Shown here piece after piece: positions 36,532 through 49,766 of a stretch of 60,000 nt of DNA. The notes beneath the pieces are model-generated. The model had not been told where the DNA came from and made no database searches. It was given only the letters and a program-made list of their open reading frames with translations. The translations under genes and the position numbers were made by a program. Origin of the DNA: Lytechinus pictus (taxonomy: Eukaryota); contig NC_087251.1 of the NCBI RefSeq assembly GCF_037042905.1, forward strand, positions 44,208,001 through 44,268,000, read 5' to 3'. Each line of letters starts with the position of its first letter. Positions within the stretch are counted from its first letter, which is position 1.

Positions 36532-39500
36532 GTAATGACTAATGTGACATTTGTGTGGTGTCCCATCTATTGTAAATGATGTTATGTAGTTCTAACAGAC
36601 TTTAAGTTTAGGAAGTTTAGCTTTAACGTCCATGCGCAGTGAGTCGCCATCGGCAGTCTTCAACCTTCAATTTTGCAACCAAAAAAAAAATTCTTACCCA
36701 AATATTTGTATGAGATGAAAGTATCCACAAATCCTTTCAAATATATGATAAACTTTTCTCCTGAAATTGCTACAGTTAGGGTGTCTGAAGCCACACTGAA
36801 AAGTGTCAGCATAAAAGTTTTAAAACAGGCTAATTTAGGGGAAAATATGGCACATTTTTTGGGGGAAGTTCAGGCTACTAGAAAAATGTGATCTGAATTG
36901 ATTATTAACTTGTGTTTGATATGTATGGAAAGAGAAAATTCAGGGGCTTCTTTTGACAGTAAGGACAAGTTTATATGATCATTTAAAATAAGGATTTAGA
37001 GATAAATTGCAAACCCTTATTTTTGTGTGTGTTGAGATTGCCATTTCTCCATGCGTTTTCTATGGGAGAATGAAATTTCTGTTTTGCACAATTTTTTTCA
37101 CTTTGTCGCAATTTTTCATTGTGATCTGGTTTCCAAATCTTTATAAAAATCATACCATCAGATAGAGCATAAAAAATCCTATTGGACTCTTTATGGACAA
37201 GTTTTTGGCATTAATAATAAATTTATAACAGCTCTCGGAAGCTAAAAATTTGGATTTGTGTGTGTCCATTTCTTAACTACACAGTCTATGGCAGAGAAAT
37301 GCTGAAAATTTACCTAATTTCATTCTTCTTTTTTGCAGCCAATAATTGGATTTTTTTCAAAAATGTTACATTTCTGTCAGTCTGAAGGTAATTTCTCTTC
37401 AAATTCACAAAGAATATGTGATATTTTCTTGAAATAAGAAAAATAATTTTTTACTCCAGACACCCTACTACAGTTTTTAGTAAGATTAAGAACATCATGA
37501 ATTAAACACTTCCGGAACGGCGACACAATCAGTAGAGGCGCTGGTCAGAAAATTGGGATCGTCCCAGTTTACAGGGACTGTCTCAGTTTATAAGGATTTC
37601 TTCACACAAGAAATCTAGGAAAGTTCATTCACCTGTCAAGTGCCGACACCAATCAAGTGTGCTAGTCAATGTATTCAACATATCGGGTTTCATAACAAGA
37701 TTATTGGAAGACAGTAAGTCATGAAAAATAGACGGTGAACTGGGGGTAATTGAGGTCACTGAATCTATTTTTAGCACTCTCAATTCCCGTAATTGCTGTC
37801 TTTGTCCCGTAGGGGGAGGTGAAAAAAAAACGTCCCCATAAACAAGGACAGTCTCAATTTATCAAGACATGATTTGTCTTGGTTTATGAGGATATCCTTG
37901 TTTTCTGGGACAATCCCAATTTTTGGACCAGCGCCTCTACTGACAATGATGGGTATATTTTGACTTTGAGTCGCCGATTCGAAAAATCCAATAGTCAATA
38001 CATTTACTACACAGACATATCGCGCATGCGGACACACACGCACCGATCGTATGATGGGGGGGCTAAAGCTACGCACTTTGTTTTCAAACGATAAAAACTA
38101 TGCCAATTTTAATATTTGATTTTGAACCATTTGTCTTTCACTAATTTGTAATTAATATTCTAATAATCCTTAACCAAGAAGAAAATATCACAGAACTCAC
38201 TAATACGAAAATCCCGCCGTGTTTTCCGAACACCTCTTGATTTCGCCGCCCGATGTAGAAGGGGTCCTAAAGCTACGCACTCGATTTATCATGCAAAGAA
38301 ATAGTATTTCCTGTGCCTCAATTTCTAAAATGTGTTCGTATTATTATAGGGAAATATGAAATTAAAGTGAACATAAATAACAAATTCCTACATTTGGTGG
38401 TTTTCTCTGCATTCAAGAATTTATTGCAGCCTCTGTAAAAAAATTGAATAGGATCGTTCGTCACTCTGCAGTCACTGCTTCACACACAGAGCTCGAGTGC
38501 GCATTTATTTTCCCATTGAAATTGCATGCGCAATGGAGTGGTGCATAGCTTTAGGACCCGCGCAGCTTTAGGAACCCCTACCATACACAAAAGTGCATTG
38601 ACTCAGCTGTGTTGTTGAAACCTCTCCGTGGGTTGAGATATACGTTGAGTCGCCACCCCCTCTTATTTTGATAACAATTGTCACCCCCACCTTCAAAATG
38701 AAATGATCGTGAGCATTTTTTTATAATCTATATTTTGATACCAAATATTGGTAACTTGAGCGGGCAGTTTTGGAAACATCGATTGCTTAGTGTGGGCGTC
38801 TCAAATCGTCGCCCGAGAACAATGGCAGCTTAAATTCACACCGCACGAATCCAAATTTGCAAGTCTGACTTTGACTGCGCTAAACTCCTTTGTATTTTGC
38901 TGGATCTTTTAACCAAACGTTGCAGCATTTCAGGGAATTACTGAGGATTAATATCAGATGCCACAAGACACTTTTCAACATTGCAAAAGATTTCTAGAAC
39001 CATTGTAGTCAGGCAGTGACAGGTGAGTGGCGCAACAGTAAAAAAATTGCACATGGCGACTCACTGCACATGGACGTTAGGTTTTTATGACCGTTGACAT
39101 ATTTTTAGAAGTAGAAGGTCTTACTTATACCTATAGATTTTTTTGCAATATGTTTATTCTAAATTGTCTTTTCACACAATAAAATTTGCATCAATGTTTG
39201 CCTTTTTAATCGTTATTTTCAATCTAGACTAGACCTATTTCAAGTTTTTCAACAGAATTAAGAGGCGCACAGCCAATTTGGGAGACTGTCTTCCATGACA
39301 TGTGGGAGATTATCTCCAATACTAGAGATTTTTGTGAAGAATTTGGGTATCCAATTTCAGCACTCGCACGTATTGCGAGGTTAGTGTACTAACCTCGCAC
39401 CTAGACCAAAAGCTTTGAACAACCAACATAACACTAACAGGGACCGAAGCTTCGGTCTCTGTTATGTTGGTTGTTCCGCAGAACTCCGTTGGCTCCACTC

Positions 39501-42500
39501 ACCAAATACAGAGACCGAAGTTCTAGCTCGATCTGTACAGGGGACTCAATGGCCATGTGTTTATGTACATTAAGTTCGGATAAAACAGGGAAGTGAAGTT
39601 GCGCAAAAGCCGAAGTAAGTCACTGTTTTTTCCCCTTTTAAGTTTATTTTTCCCCGCTTTGGTGCATTTCAGGCCAAAACGGAATAATAATCTTTATTTT
39701 GGTACAGTTTTTTTATGTTTATGAAATAAAGACAAAAATCGACGAGCCCCGTCGGGGGGATTTCGCATTGTTAACCCCTTAATGGTGGCTGCATGATAGC
39801 GAGCTGTCTGTGTACGAGGAGAAATTAAAAAAAAAATAAAAATGTTAAAAGACTCCTCGAAACAGACGGCTGCCAGCTGTCTACCTCGCACCATGAACTA
39901 GCCTTGAGGACTCCATTTCTGATATTTTTAAATATTTTGACATACTTCTTCAGACATGGAGCCTTGAACCGCCGGCCATAGAGACACATGTAAACAAAGA
40001 TGGATTTCCCTAGGAAATCCATAGTTAGAGGGTGAAATCGGTTTGTAGGGGTGAATTTTATTTATCTATGAACCTTCATGTGCCTAATGCGTATAAAGGG
40101 ATAAAAATTATTTCACTATAAATGGTACAAATGAGACGTTTCTTACCAGACCGATCTCCTGTAGATCCCTCGATCCGTTTGTCAACAAAGCAAATACAAT
40201 ACAGCCTGACCCTTGAACCGCTTCGTTATGACGTACATCCGATTAGCGATGCCGTTTTGAAGGACAATTTATAGATAAAAATTATCATTTCACAATATAC
40301 TAAAATATAATACGTGATTATAAATGCTTAATAGTATTTTACTAATTATTCATAATCATGTGTGGGAGGAGACATCGTTGCCATGGTAACGAGTTTTATT
40401 GGAAATAGCAGAGATTTCCTTGTGAGCGCTCTACCAGCTGCATTTCTTCTCCAATCACCTTCAAATGTGGCATGAATGTCCATTATGTTAAAGCAAAGCC
40501 ACCTATTGAGTTTGGCGTGGGCTGAGACATCGTTGCCATTGTAACAAGAGTTTTTGTGGAATAGCAGAGATGTCATTGTTTGCGCTCTACCAGCTGCATT
40601 TCTTCTCCAATCATCTTCAAATGTGGCATGAAGGTCCATTATGATAAAGCAAAGCCGCCTATTGATTTTTAAGTGGGTAGAGACATCGTTGCCATTTTAA
40701 CAAGAGTTTCTTTGGAAATAGCAGAGATGTCATTGTTTGCGCTCTACCAGCTGCATTTCTTCTCCGATCATCTTCAAATGTGGCATGAAGGTCCATTATG
40801 ATAAAGCAAAGCCGCCTATCGATTTTTAAGTGGGTAGAGACATCGTTGCCATGGTAAAAAGAGTTTTTGTGGAAATAGCAGAGATGTCCTTGTGAGCGCT
40901 CTACCAGCTGCATTTCTTCTCAGATCATCTTCAAATGTGGCATGAAGGTCCATTCTGGTAAAACAAAGCTGCCTTTTGATTTTGGTGTGGGCGGAGACGT
41001 CGTTGCCATGGTAACGAGTTTTTGTGGAAAGAGCAGATATGTCCTTGTGAGCGCTCGCTCTACCCGCTGCATTTCTTCTCCGATCATCTTCAAATATGGG
41101 ATGAAGCTCCATTAAGCAAAGCCGCCTATTGATTTTGGTGTGGGAGGAGACACGGTTGTTATGGTAACCATATTTTTGTGGAAAATTTGGTAAAACCTGT
41201 AACTTCTGTTTTTTTTTCCCAGTTTGTCATAACAGTTGGCACACAAAAGCAATATTAGAAGGTAAAGCGAAGATGCCTATCATTTTTTAGTGGGGGGGGG
41301 GGGTTATTACCATTGGAGCAATCCAAGTAAGTGTAACCAATAACTATGACAATCCAATGTATCATGCTTACTTCATCCCAAGGTACATGTATCATAATAC
41401 CATGCTGTTCCCACTATAGAAAGTTTGTCATAGCAGTTGGCACACAGAAGAAATATTAGAAGGTAAAGCAAAGATGCCTATCATTTTTGGTGGGGGGGGG
41501 GGTCTTAGGGTTAGGTTTACAAAATATATCCAGATTACTCTAGATTAATTGTATTCCCCAACAGGTGCTACTGGACAATACTTTAGGTTCTGCAAAGTCA
41601 CGCTGCTGTGTCATATTATTGTCATCAAATTTGGTACCCACAGGCAAAATGTGGGCAGGGTCATCGTCGCCATGATAATTGTATAATTTATTTGTCAAAT
41701 TTCTGTGTGAGCTCTATATATCGCAATGATGGATGATGGGATGGGTTTGGGGGATACATGTGCTCGGCCGCGCAACCCGCCGAGCATCTCTAGTTTCAAA
41801 TGAAAATGTCGCGTACGCTTTCCCGGCAAAGCATTCAAATTCTAAGAACAAATGGCATTGTATAGACCAGGTGACTACATTGTAGAATAGTCGGCTTGTG
41901 GCACATTTGACTATTGTGAGGGGTTCTCTCTAATATCAGTGATTATGGAGACTTTGTCACTCTTCAGCTTGGATGTGACGAACAGAATATTTTAAAAGAA
42001 ATACATGAATAATCATCAAATCACAAATGCCTATGTAGGTGATTTTGAAAACCACCTTCCTGCTCGTGCGCAATGTACAACCGTGAACAGGCTTATAGTT
42101 CGCTATGAGCATGAAACATTGACAATGAGATACGATCAGTGCGAGCAACATCTATCATCGTCCACACAAATTTTACAAAGCGATACATTAGTTGCAGTCT
42201 GCTAGCTGCTCACAAGCACACAATGCTGCCAATAGACTGGGCTGTATCACAGCTGTGATGATCTCAATTTACATGTTTAAATTAAGAAAAATGTTTTGTC
42301 ATTTTTGTGCATATTTTTGTTGTAATGAAAACTATGCTGCGTTCATCGCATACATGTAGGCTTTGTATACTGTGCTTTGTCTCTGTGAGAAATGAATGGA
42401 ATAGAGACACATGTATAGGTTTGGTGTAAATTAGTACAAACTAAGAAGATTAAAGGGATGATGTCATATCCCCACTTGTTCTTTTGTATTTTATTACATG

Positions 42501-45500
42501 TATGTGAAATTAGGTTTATTCAACAATTTTCTACTAAGAACTAAAACAATTGGATTGACATCTGATTAAGTGCATTAAAGTTATTTCTTGGTGCAACTCA
42601 TTTCATAATAATGGAGACACATCATTTACACATTTATGAAAATATGAAGCAATTATGATTTCATGTAATAACGTAAGAGAAAGGAAAGTGGGGATGTGAC
42701 ATCATCAGCCCACCTAATGAATATTCGTGAAGACTTGCCGAGAACTGTTAAGTTTTTCGTGAAAAAAAAAAAAAAATAGGCATCTGACCTGTCTATTAAA
42801 AAAGGCAAGTTACATAAACTCTATATAAGCTAAATGATGAATGTCCTTTTTTTTTAAATAGTAATTTCTATGGAATTTTATAGTAAGGTTCGAGATGTTA
42901 TTGAAATTTTCTTTCCTTTTTTCATTTTAGCTGGATGCATTGGACAGGGCCAAGTTACAACTTGTCTTTGCGTATTCCATCAATTCATTCTTCTGGAGTA
43001 AGTTTAACATTTTCACTTTTTTCAGAAAAATATTGAGCAATCTATTATTTCATCAAAATGATATTTCTTCATTCTCTATTCATTCACATACAGATATATA
43101 TATCAATTTTTCTGTTGTATTTATCAATTCATTGATTATGCACATCTGTTTATTTGCTTTTCATAACTTCATATAATAATAATAATAATACCTTGTCAGT
43201 GCTATTGTTATATTTGATCTCTTCCAAACAATGTCATGTAGGTTGAGCCGGACAATCTTTTTTCTTTTTTCGGGGGCTTTTTTTCACAATATACAACCTA
43301 AATCAGTAAATCTGTCATTGGATAAGCTTTAACATTGCAGTGAATGGGAAATTTCCAGGGGTCTTCTGAGCAATTTGGGGGCAAATTGCCCTAAGCCGCT
43401 GCCGCAGTGTAATATCTTCCCTGCCCTCCCCCCCCCCCCCCCCATTTAAGTGTAATTCAGTTTGGATTTGTGAAAAGGTTTTTTATAGCATTGCCTCACA
43501 ATCTTTATTGTTACAGTGTACCTATGCACACAAGGTGTTGATGCAAGGAGCCATCAAGTCAAACAAGAATTAGTAAGTTTTTGTCTCACCTGCAAAGCAG
43601 AGTGAGACTATAGGCGCCGCTTTTCCGACGGCGGCGGTGGCGGCGGCATCAACACCAAATCTTAACCGAAGGTTAAGTTTTTGAAATGACAGCATAACTT
43701 AGAAAGTATATGGACCTAGTTCATGAAACTTAGCCATAAGGTTAATGAAGTATTACTGAACATCCTGCCTTAGTTTCAAGTCACATGACCAAGGTCAAAG
43801 GTCATTTAGGGTCAACGAACTTTGGCCAAGTTGGGGGTATTTGTTGAATTACCATCATAACTTTGAAAGTTTATGGATCTGATTCATGAAACTTGGACAT
43901 AGAGTAATCAAGTATCATTGAACATCCTGTGCAAGTTCAGGTCACATGACTAAAGTCAAAGGTCATTTAAGGTCATTGAACTCTGGCCATTTTGGAGGTA
44001 ATTATTAGATTGCTGTCATAACTTTCAAAGTTTACAGATATAGTTTTAAAAATGTGGATATAGGGGTAATTACTGACAAGTCTTAGGTCGCATGATCAAG
44101 GTAAAATGTCATTTATTGTCAATGAACGTAGTATTGTATCATGTGAATGGTGTTTTTTGTGACTAAGTATTTTATAGTAGTTTTCAAAATCAGCACTTCT
44201 GTTATATTGAATCGCGTGATGCAGGTGAGACTGCCAGAGGTGCAGTAGATGCATTGACATGATTGAGGATACGAATATCCTGAAAATCATGAATCTTTTC
44301 TTTGTTTTGTTCCAAGACAACAAAAATATAAATTTTGTTGTATGTAAAACAATATGTAATGATAGCCTATAAATTAACTGCCTGTAATTGTGTACCAATT
44401 TTAAGTTCCAACATAATCCAGCAATGCCCATTATGAAGATTTTAGTATAATTTTATTCAATATATTCTTTTTTGGGGGGGGTAATTGATGATTATTATAA
44501 AGAAAACTGGAAAAGCTGCTTATTAGTTATATTTCGATGCGACAATAGCCAATATGAAGATTATTATTACGATATTTATTATACCTTGATGAAGAAAAAT
44601 CTGAAAATTCTTAATAGTGTTTAACCATATTCATTATGATTATCTTTTCTTGACACAATAGGGCAGAATACAGAAGTACATGGCGAGGGTGAAGGAAATT
44701 GCTGATAAAAAGAAAGGTGACTGTAAACTCTTTACTTCATAATCAAAGACAAATCTTTATTTTCACGTACTGTAAGATGAAATAGTCCTACTGCAACAGA
44801 TACAAAGGATGCTTTCATGTATACAGTGGACTCTGTATTTAGTCGTCCTTAAGTCGAATAATCACCCAACTCAAGTTAAAAGCATTATTTCTGACCAGAG
44901 TATGCAAAACGTGTGTTGATAACATCTAGGCTAAGTCGAGGCACTATTTTTTACCAGAATATGCAAAAACAAGTCTAAATAACATCTTTTAAGCCAAATA
45001 AACAAATAACTTGCAGAATCATTTTTTTTTACCAAAGTATGTGTTAATGATATTGTCTAAGTTGAATTTCACCTTTTGTCAATGAGATTAATGAGGTTAC
45101 AAGAGATTTAATTTTTATGACCTCATTTTGTGACCTTTATGGGAAAAGTCAACCGTAGAATCAGTCATGGAACATATGACTTCCATGTAGTATTACTTAA
45201 ATGCATGTTTATAAATACATTATTGTTTTATTAAATTGCCAATGTGTGATCTTAAGTTATGATGTATTCTTTATGTCCATAGCTGCCAAACTGGATACTG
45301 GAGCAGCGAAGAGGTTCATCAGGAATGCTCTGTGGGAAAATGAATCTGGTGAAGGTGAGTGTGGACATGAATGTGAAATCTCATGTATACTAAAAAAAAA
45401 TGTATTAGAGGCTATCAGTAATCAAGAACTTTTTCATTAATTACCTGTATAAAAATACTAAAGTCAGTAGCAGCTAGCATGTAGTTTAGATTTTTAAATC

Positions 45501-46203
45501 CAGTTCTATCCCGTTCAGGGAAATATGTTTTGTCTCGTCTGCATAGCAGAGCTAGACTATAGGCGCCGCTTTTTCGATGGTGGCGGCGGCATCATCATTG
45601 AAATTTTAATCAAGGTGAAGTTTTTGAAGTCATCATAACTTAGAAAGCATATGGACCTAGTTTACGAAACTTGAACATGTAGGTAATCAAGTATTACTGA
45701 ACATCCTGCCTGAGTAAATGTAATTTGAGCGATTAGATATATGGATAACTTGGGCAATAGCAATATGTAACCCATGTATTAGATGCCAAGATTTTCACCA
45801 TTCTTTAGGACAAAAGATTGTTTGTTATTGTCCTCGAATGCTTGAGCGCCCATCAGGAAGCTGCGCTCAAGCCAGGCACCTAGATTTAAGCGCTATATAA
45901 ATGCTGCATATTATTGTTGTTATTAGTAGTAGTATTATTATTAGTGGTGGTGGTGGTTGTAGTAGCAGTAGAGGTAGTAGTAGAAGTGGTGGTAGTAGTA
46001 GTGGTGGTGGTGATGGTGGTAGTAGTAGTTTTATTATTATTGTTGTTATTGTTGTTGATACATTATTTTTCAGTTTAAATAATTTATTCATAGAATGCAA
46101 CATATATATGTATCATTGACCTTTTGGAATTGCAGGTCAATCTCAGACGACGAAAAGGAAAGGGCAGAATGAGCCAGCAGGTCCTTCTAAGAAATCGAGA
46201 TGA
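36415..46203 (+). CDS. C1D: Nuclear nucleic acid-binding protein C1D (Rrp47/Lrp1, Sas10/C1D domain), 6 exons, 144 aa
   Basis: Spliced product MAVPKEIAQNLDDF...[78 protein letters not shown]...KKSR*; 435 nt, all introns GT-AG. Confidence 0.92.
36626..39077. mobile_element. TA-flanked TIR element hosting three nested MITEs
   Basis: TIR ACGTCCATG(C/T)GCAGTGAGTCGCCAT; inserts at 36777-37467, 37530-37942 and 38052-38583. Confidence 0.75.
40361..41793. repeat. About 156-bp satellite array (5+ units) with 3' hairpin, Helentron/HINE-like
   Basis: Units at 40371, 40526, 40682, 40839, 40996 and 41149; terminal TGCTCGGC...GCCGAGCA stem then CTAGTT. Confidence 0.7.
42931..42997 (+). CDS. C1D: C1D exon 2
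   Basis: [22 protein letters not shown]. Confidence 0.92.
43517..43572 (+). CDS. C1D: C1D exon 3
   Basis: [19 protein letters not shown]. Confidence 0.92.
43577..44243 (+). mobile_element. Helentron-associated (HINE/DINE-1-like) element; partial copy at 45527-45714
   Basis: T-rich site, subTIR GTCTCACCTGCA / TGCAGGTGAGAC, 5' palindrome, (GGC)n microsatellite, internal tandem repeats. Confidence 0.7.
44662..44716 (+). CDS. C1D: C1D exon 4
   Basis: [18 protein letters not shown]. Confidence 0.9.
45283..45354 (+). CDS. C1D: C1D exon 5
   Basis: [18 protein letters not shown]. Confidence 0.92.
46136..46203 (+). CDS. C1D: C1D exon 6 (basic tail, stop)
   Basis: GQSQTTKRKGQNEPAGPSKKSR*, phase-compatible acceptor. 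Confidence 0.8.
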
Positions 46204-46289
46204 TGAGGACTCACAGATTTTAAAGACTTTCATGGACTGACTATTTTTTAGAGATGTGCACTGCACTGCAACAGCCTTTTTTTTTTCTT

Positions 46290-46800
46290 ATGTGCCATGG
46301 AGGTGGGAGGAATATCATGAAGCTGAAATTTTGGTCTCCTGAGGAATGAGCATGTTTACACTGCAACATCCTTTTTCATATGGATCACGGAGTAGAGAGA
46401 AATGTCTTGAAGCTTCCATTTTGAATTGCTGAGGAACTGCCATGTTTACTCTGCAACATCCTTTTTCATATGAATCATGGGGGAGAGAGCTGGTGTGAAA
46501 CTTCAGTTTTTATCTGATGAGGAAGAGCCATGTTTACACCACAACATCCTTTTTTTATCATATTTACCGTGGAGGAGAGAGAAAAATCTTAAAGCTACAG
46601 TGTCAATCTGCTGAGGAAGAGCCATTTTACACCGCAACATCCTTTTCTTTTTCATATGGAAAGAGGAATGTCTTGAAGCTTCAATTTTGATCTGCTGAGG
46701 AAGGGCCATGTTTACACAACATCCCATTTTTCATATGGACCATGGAGGAGAGAGAAATAGCGTGAACCTACATTTTCGATCTGCTGAGAAAATGTTTTAC
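46290..46800. repeat. About 90-bp minisatellite just after the C1D stop
   Basis: Recurring CATGTTTACAC...CAACATCCTTTTTCATATG...GCTGAGGAA, 5-6 units. Confidence 0.85.
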
Positions 46801-48245
46801 AGAGAGTGACATGTTTTACGTAGAGCATCATGATATTGCGTTGGACATTGTCCCGACAACTATGTCAGTATGATTGTAAACAAGCAATGTGATATATTAT
46901 GTTATAGATCTGATATCCTTACTCCTTTTTACCAAGCATTGACCCATTTGGGACTATTTATATTTTTAACAGTAAAGTTTTTAGGGTATTCCGTACAGAT
47001 ACGAAGCTGCATGCTAACGCCTTTACACCATATTGAATGCAAAAATCATTATCAATTGGAGACATGTACATGTTAAATTGACCACTTTGTCAAAGTAGAT
47101 TTTATGTGGTGTTATTTTGATTTCTATGTTGTCTCTCCAAGTAACTTTTTGGGATCTACTCCCTATCTCGGCTATATAAGCGAATATAACCACCAATCCT
47201 CAAATTTGTAAGAATTCTTCGTAGGATATTTAAAAAATATCGAACAATATGGAGGTAATTTGGAAATTCTTTAGAGTGGAGGTATAAAGCTTTAGAACAC
47301 TCAATGCTGCCGCCAGTTGCTTATAGTTGAGTGTACTAGGAAAGATAAAACTCAATGCTGGACTGTCTCAATGGCATGGGTTTGAATCCCACTCTTCATG
47401 GCTAATGATGATATTTTTATTTATATATTTACAACGATAGCATTCATTCAGTTGGGCAATATTGAATTTTGGCAATAAAACCAAGAAACTTGACTAAAAT
47501 TCCACTTGGTGTGGCAGATTTAAAGGTCATATCCACCGGGCACCCCAAAAAAAGTGGATTTGAATATTGCTGAAAATTTCATCAACATCTGATAAGAAAT
47601 ACGGAAGTTATGACATCTTTGCTTTTTGCTTAATCTTTACAAAATAGGACCAAGGTTTGTTGCTTCATACATGTATATGAACAAGGATTTACTGATTACA
47701 AGTGTGGATCTCTCTGTGTGCATTGTTTTCTGTGTTACACCAGTTGATACAATTGGTACATATCATATTATATCAGGGTCAGGGATCTGTCATGATAACA
47801 AAAGCACAATTTCTATAACAAATTTATTTTTAGCCAATCGATTTGAATGATTTCAGTAGCTTTAAGCTTTTATCGCAAATTTGTTGTAACAAGTTTTATG
47901 AAACAGGCCACTGGTGTGAAAATAATCTGCTCAGTTGAATAGTTGGAAGCGCACCATGTTAATGGGTAACACCTGACGATAAGGCCGTCTTTTTACGGAG
48001 ACTATTTACAGGATGACATTACGCACAAGATGCTCCCTGCCATTTGATTCGGTCATATATGTGTACATTTATTGTTTTTATGTGATGTTTTGCTGTCAAA
48101 GTATTTGCTTAAAATGATGTTCAGGTGACTCTTCCTTTTAAGTCAAATCTCTTGAGAAGACAAAAATCTTATGCAACATTTTATTGTTACATGCTTTGCA
48201 TATTCTGGTCTGAAATGCTTGATCTAGAGTGAATAGGTGGTTATT

Positions 48246-48668
48246 AGCGCGTTTTCGCCCAGCGTCGTACGACGCTATCTACGACGTAGAACGATCTCTT
48301 GGTTCGTGCGTCCGTCGCGCTCAACTCTCGCTTGTAAGCAGTTTCGCAAATCGCTGAACGCGGCCGGATCGACCGGAAGTACGTAGACTGCATGACGTCA
48401 CCACTACTAGGGAAAATCCCGCGCCCGCATGCACGCGATGGGCGAATGTGTTTACATCGGCTCAGCTTGCTCGCTCTACAAGCGATCTGATTGGCTGTTG
48501 ACGGCTGTTGACAAATCCTACGTTCTAATGCGGACGCCCGCTAATTTGCGGAAGAACCGTCCGTGATTTGAGCTCAAGAACGCTCGGGCCTCTGTTTCCA
48601 TGGAAGTTGGCGATTTTTGCACACGACCCTTACGTTCTACGTCGTACGACGCTGGGCGAAAACGCGCT
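48246..48668. mobile_element. CpG-rich MITE with 3-bp TSD (ATT), Harbinger-like
   Basis: Perfect TIR AGCGCGTTTTCGCCCAGCGTCGTACGACG. Confidence 0.85.
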
Positions 48669-49766
48669 ATTGACTGGAGAACCTACGGTAACAACATGAA
48701 TGCTGAGAGGATCTGATAAACATGATGCCCTCATATTCAAGGATGTAACCATATTCCTCTCTGCCTGTGGCCCTCAGGGGTCAACTTTCCATATTAAAGA
48801 GCATTCAATTTTCCATCGTTCAACGAATAGCCAAATCAAAGTGCTTTTTCAGACCAGAATGTGCAATGTATGTTTTATTTAGCACGTTGAATTTCGCCTT
48901 AGTCGGACAGAGTTCTGTGGTCCAAAGGGATTCAAATTCAGCAGATTCTTTGTAGTTGGTTGCATTTGTGTTTACTTTGGTGGGGTGTTACTGTTTCATA
49001 AAGCTGTTTGAAGTTAGGAATTACTTTACAAAGAACTTACGATACCTTCTTGGGTGCTCTCATCTGTTTCTCATTGATTTTATTTAGATGTAGCACAAGA
49101 TGGTACATGTATCTCCAGTCGTGCGCAAAGTCAGTTGTAACTTCCGAACACCTTTATGGAACACCCACCAAGTACCAAATTTCCAATCAGATCATCCCTC
49201 TGCCGTACTTATTTGCATATTATCTCTGGAGCAGGTTAACTTTATACACAAGGTTAACTGAAGTCTTCACTTTTATCTAATGTACTATAAGGCCCTGTCA
49301 CATCTGTCTGTGCAACCGCATGTTCAAAACTTTTCTGCGTGCAAATCAGACTTGAGTGCGCTTCTGCGGGCACCTGCGTGTGAGATACATGCGAGATAAT
49401 GTCAATGCGGGTAGTAAAAATGCTAATAACTGCAAGTTGCATGCGAGGCTTCCACGGAACGATGCGACAGGGCCTTTCTGATTAGACTGAACACATCCTT
49501 TTTTTACTTTGGTTCAGTCAATTGTGCCATGATTGGAGAACAAGATGAGAAAAAAAATCAGAAGACAATAATAAACGGCTTGTGCGTATTTATCACCTTT
49601 CATTTGAATTCCTAAATCACATACTGATTTGATTTTCTGTAATACTGAATCTTGAGGAGAAAGAGGGATTGAGGTCAGAAGATGAGAATTTTCCTTTTTT
49701 TTTGTTGTTGAGATAATGGTACATATCATGGTGCAAAGGATCGCACATCTTGAGCCGGTACCTTAA

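Noticed and set aside
40346..41112. Repeated minus-strand ORFs (MDLHATFEDD...)
   Set aside because: Translations of the 156-bp satellite; frames shift between units
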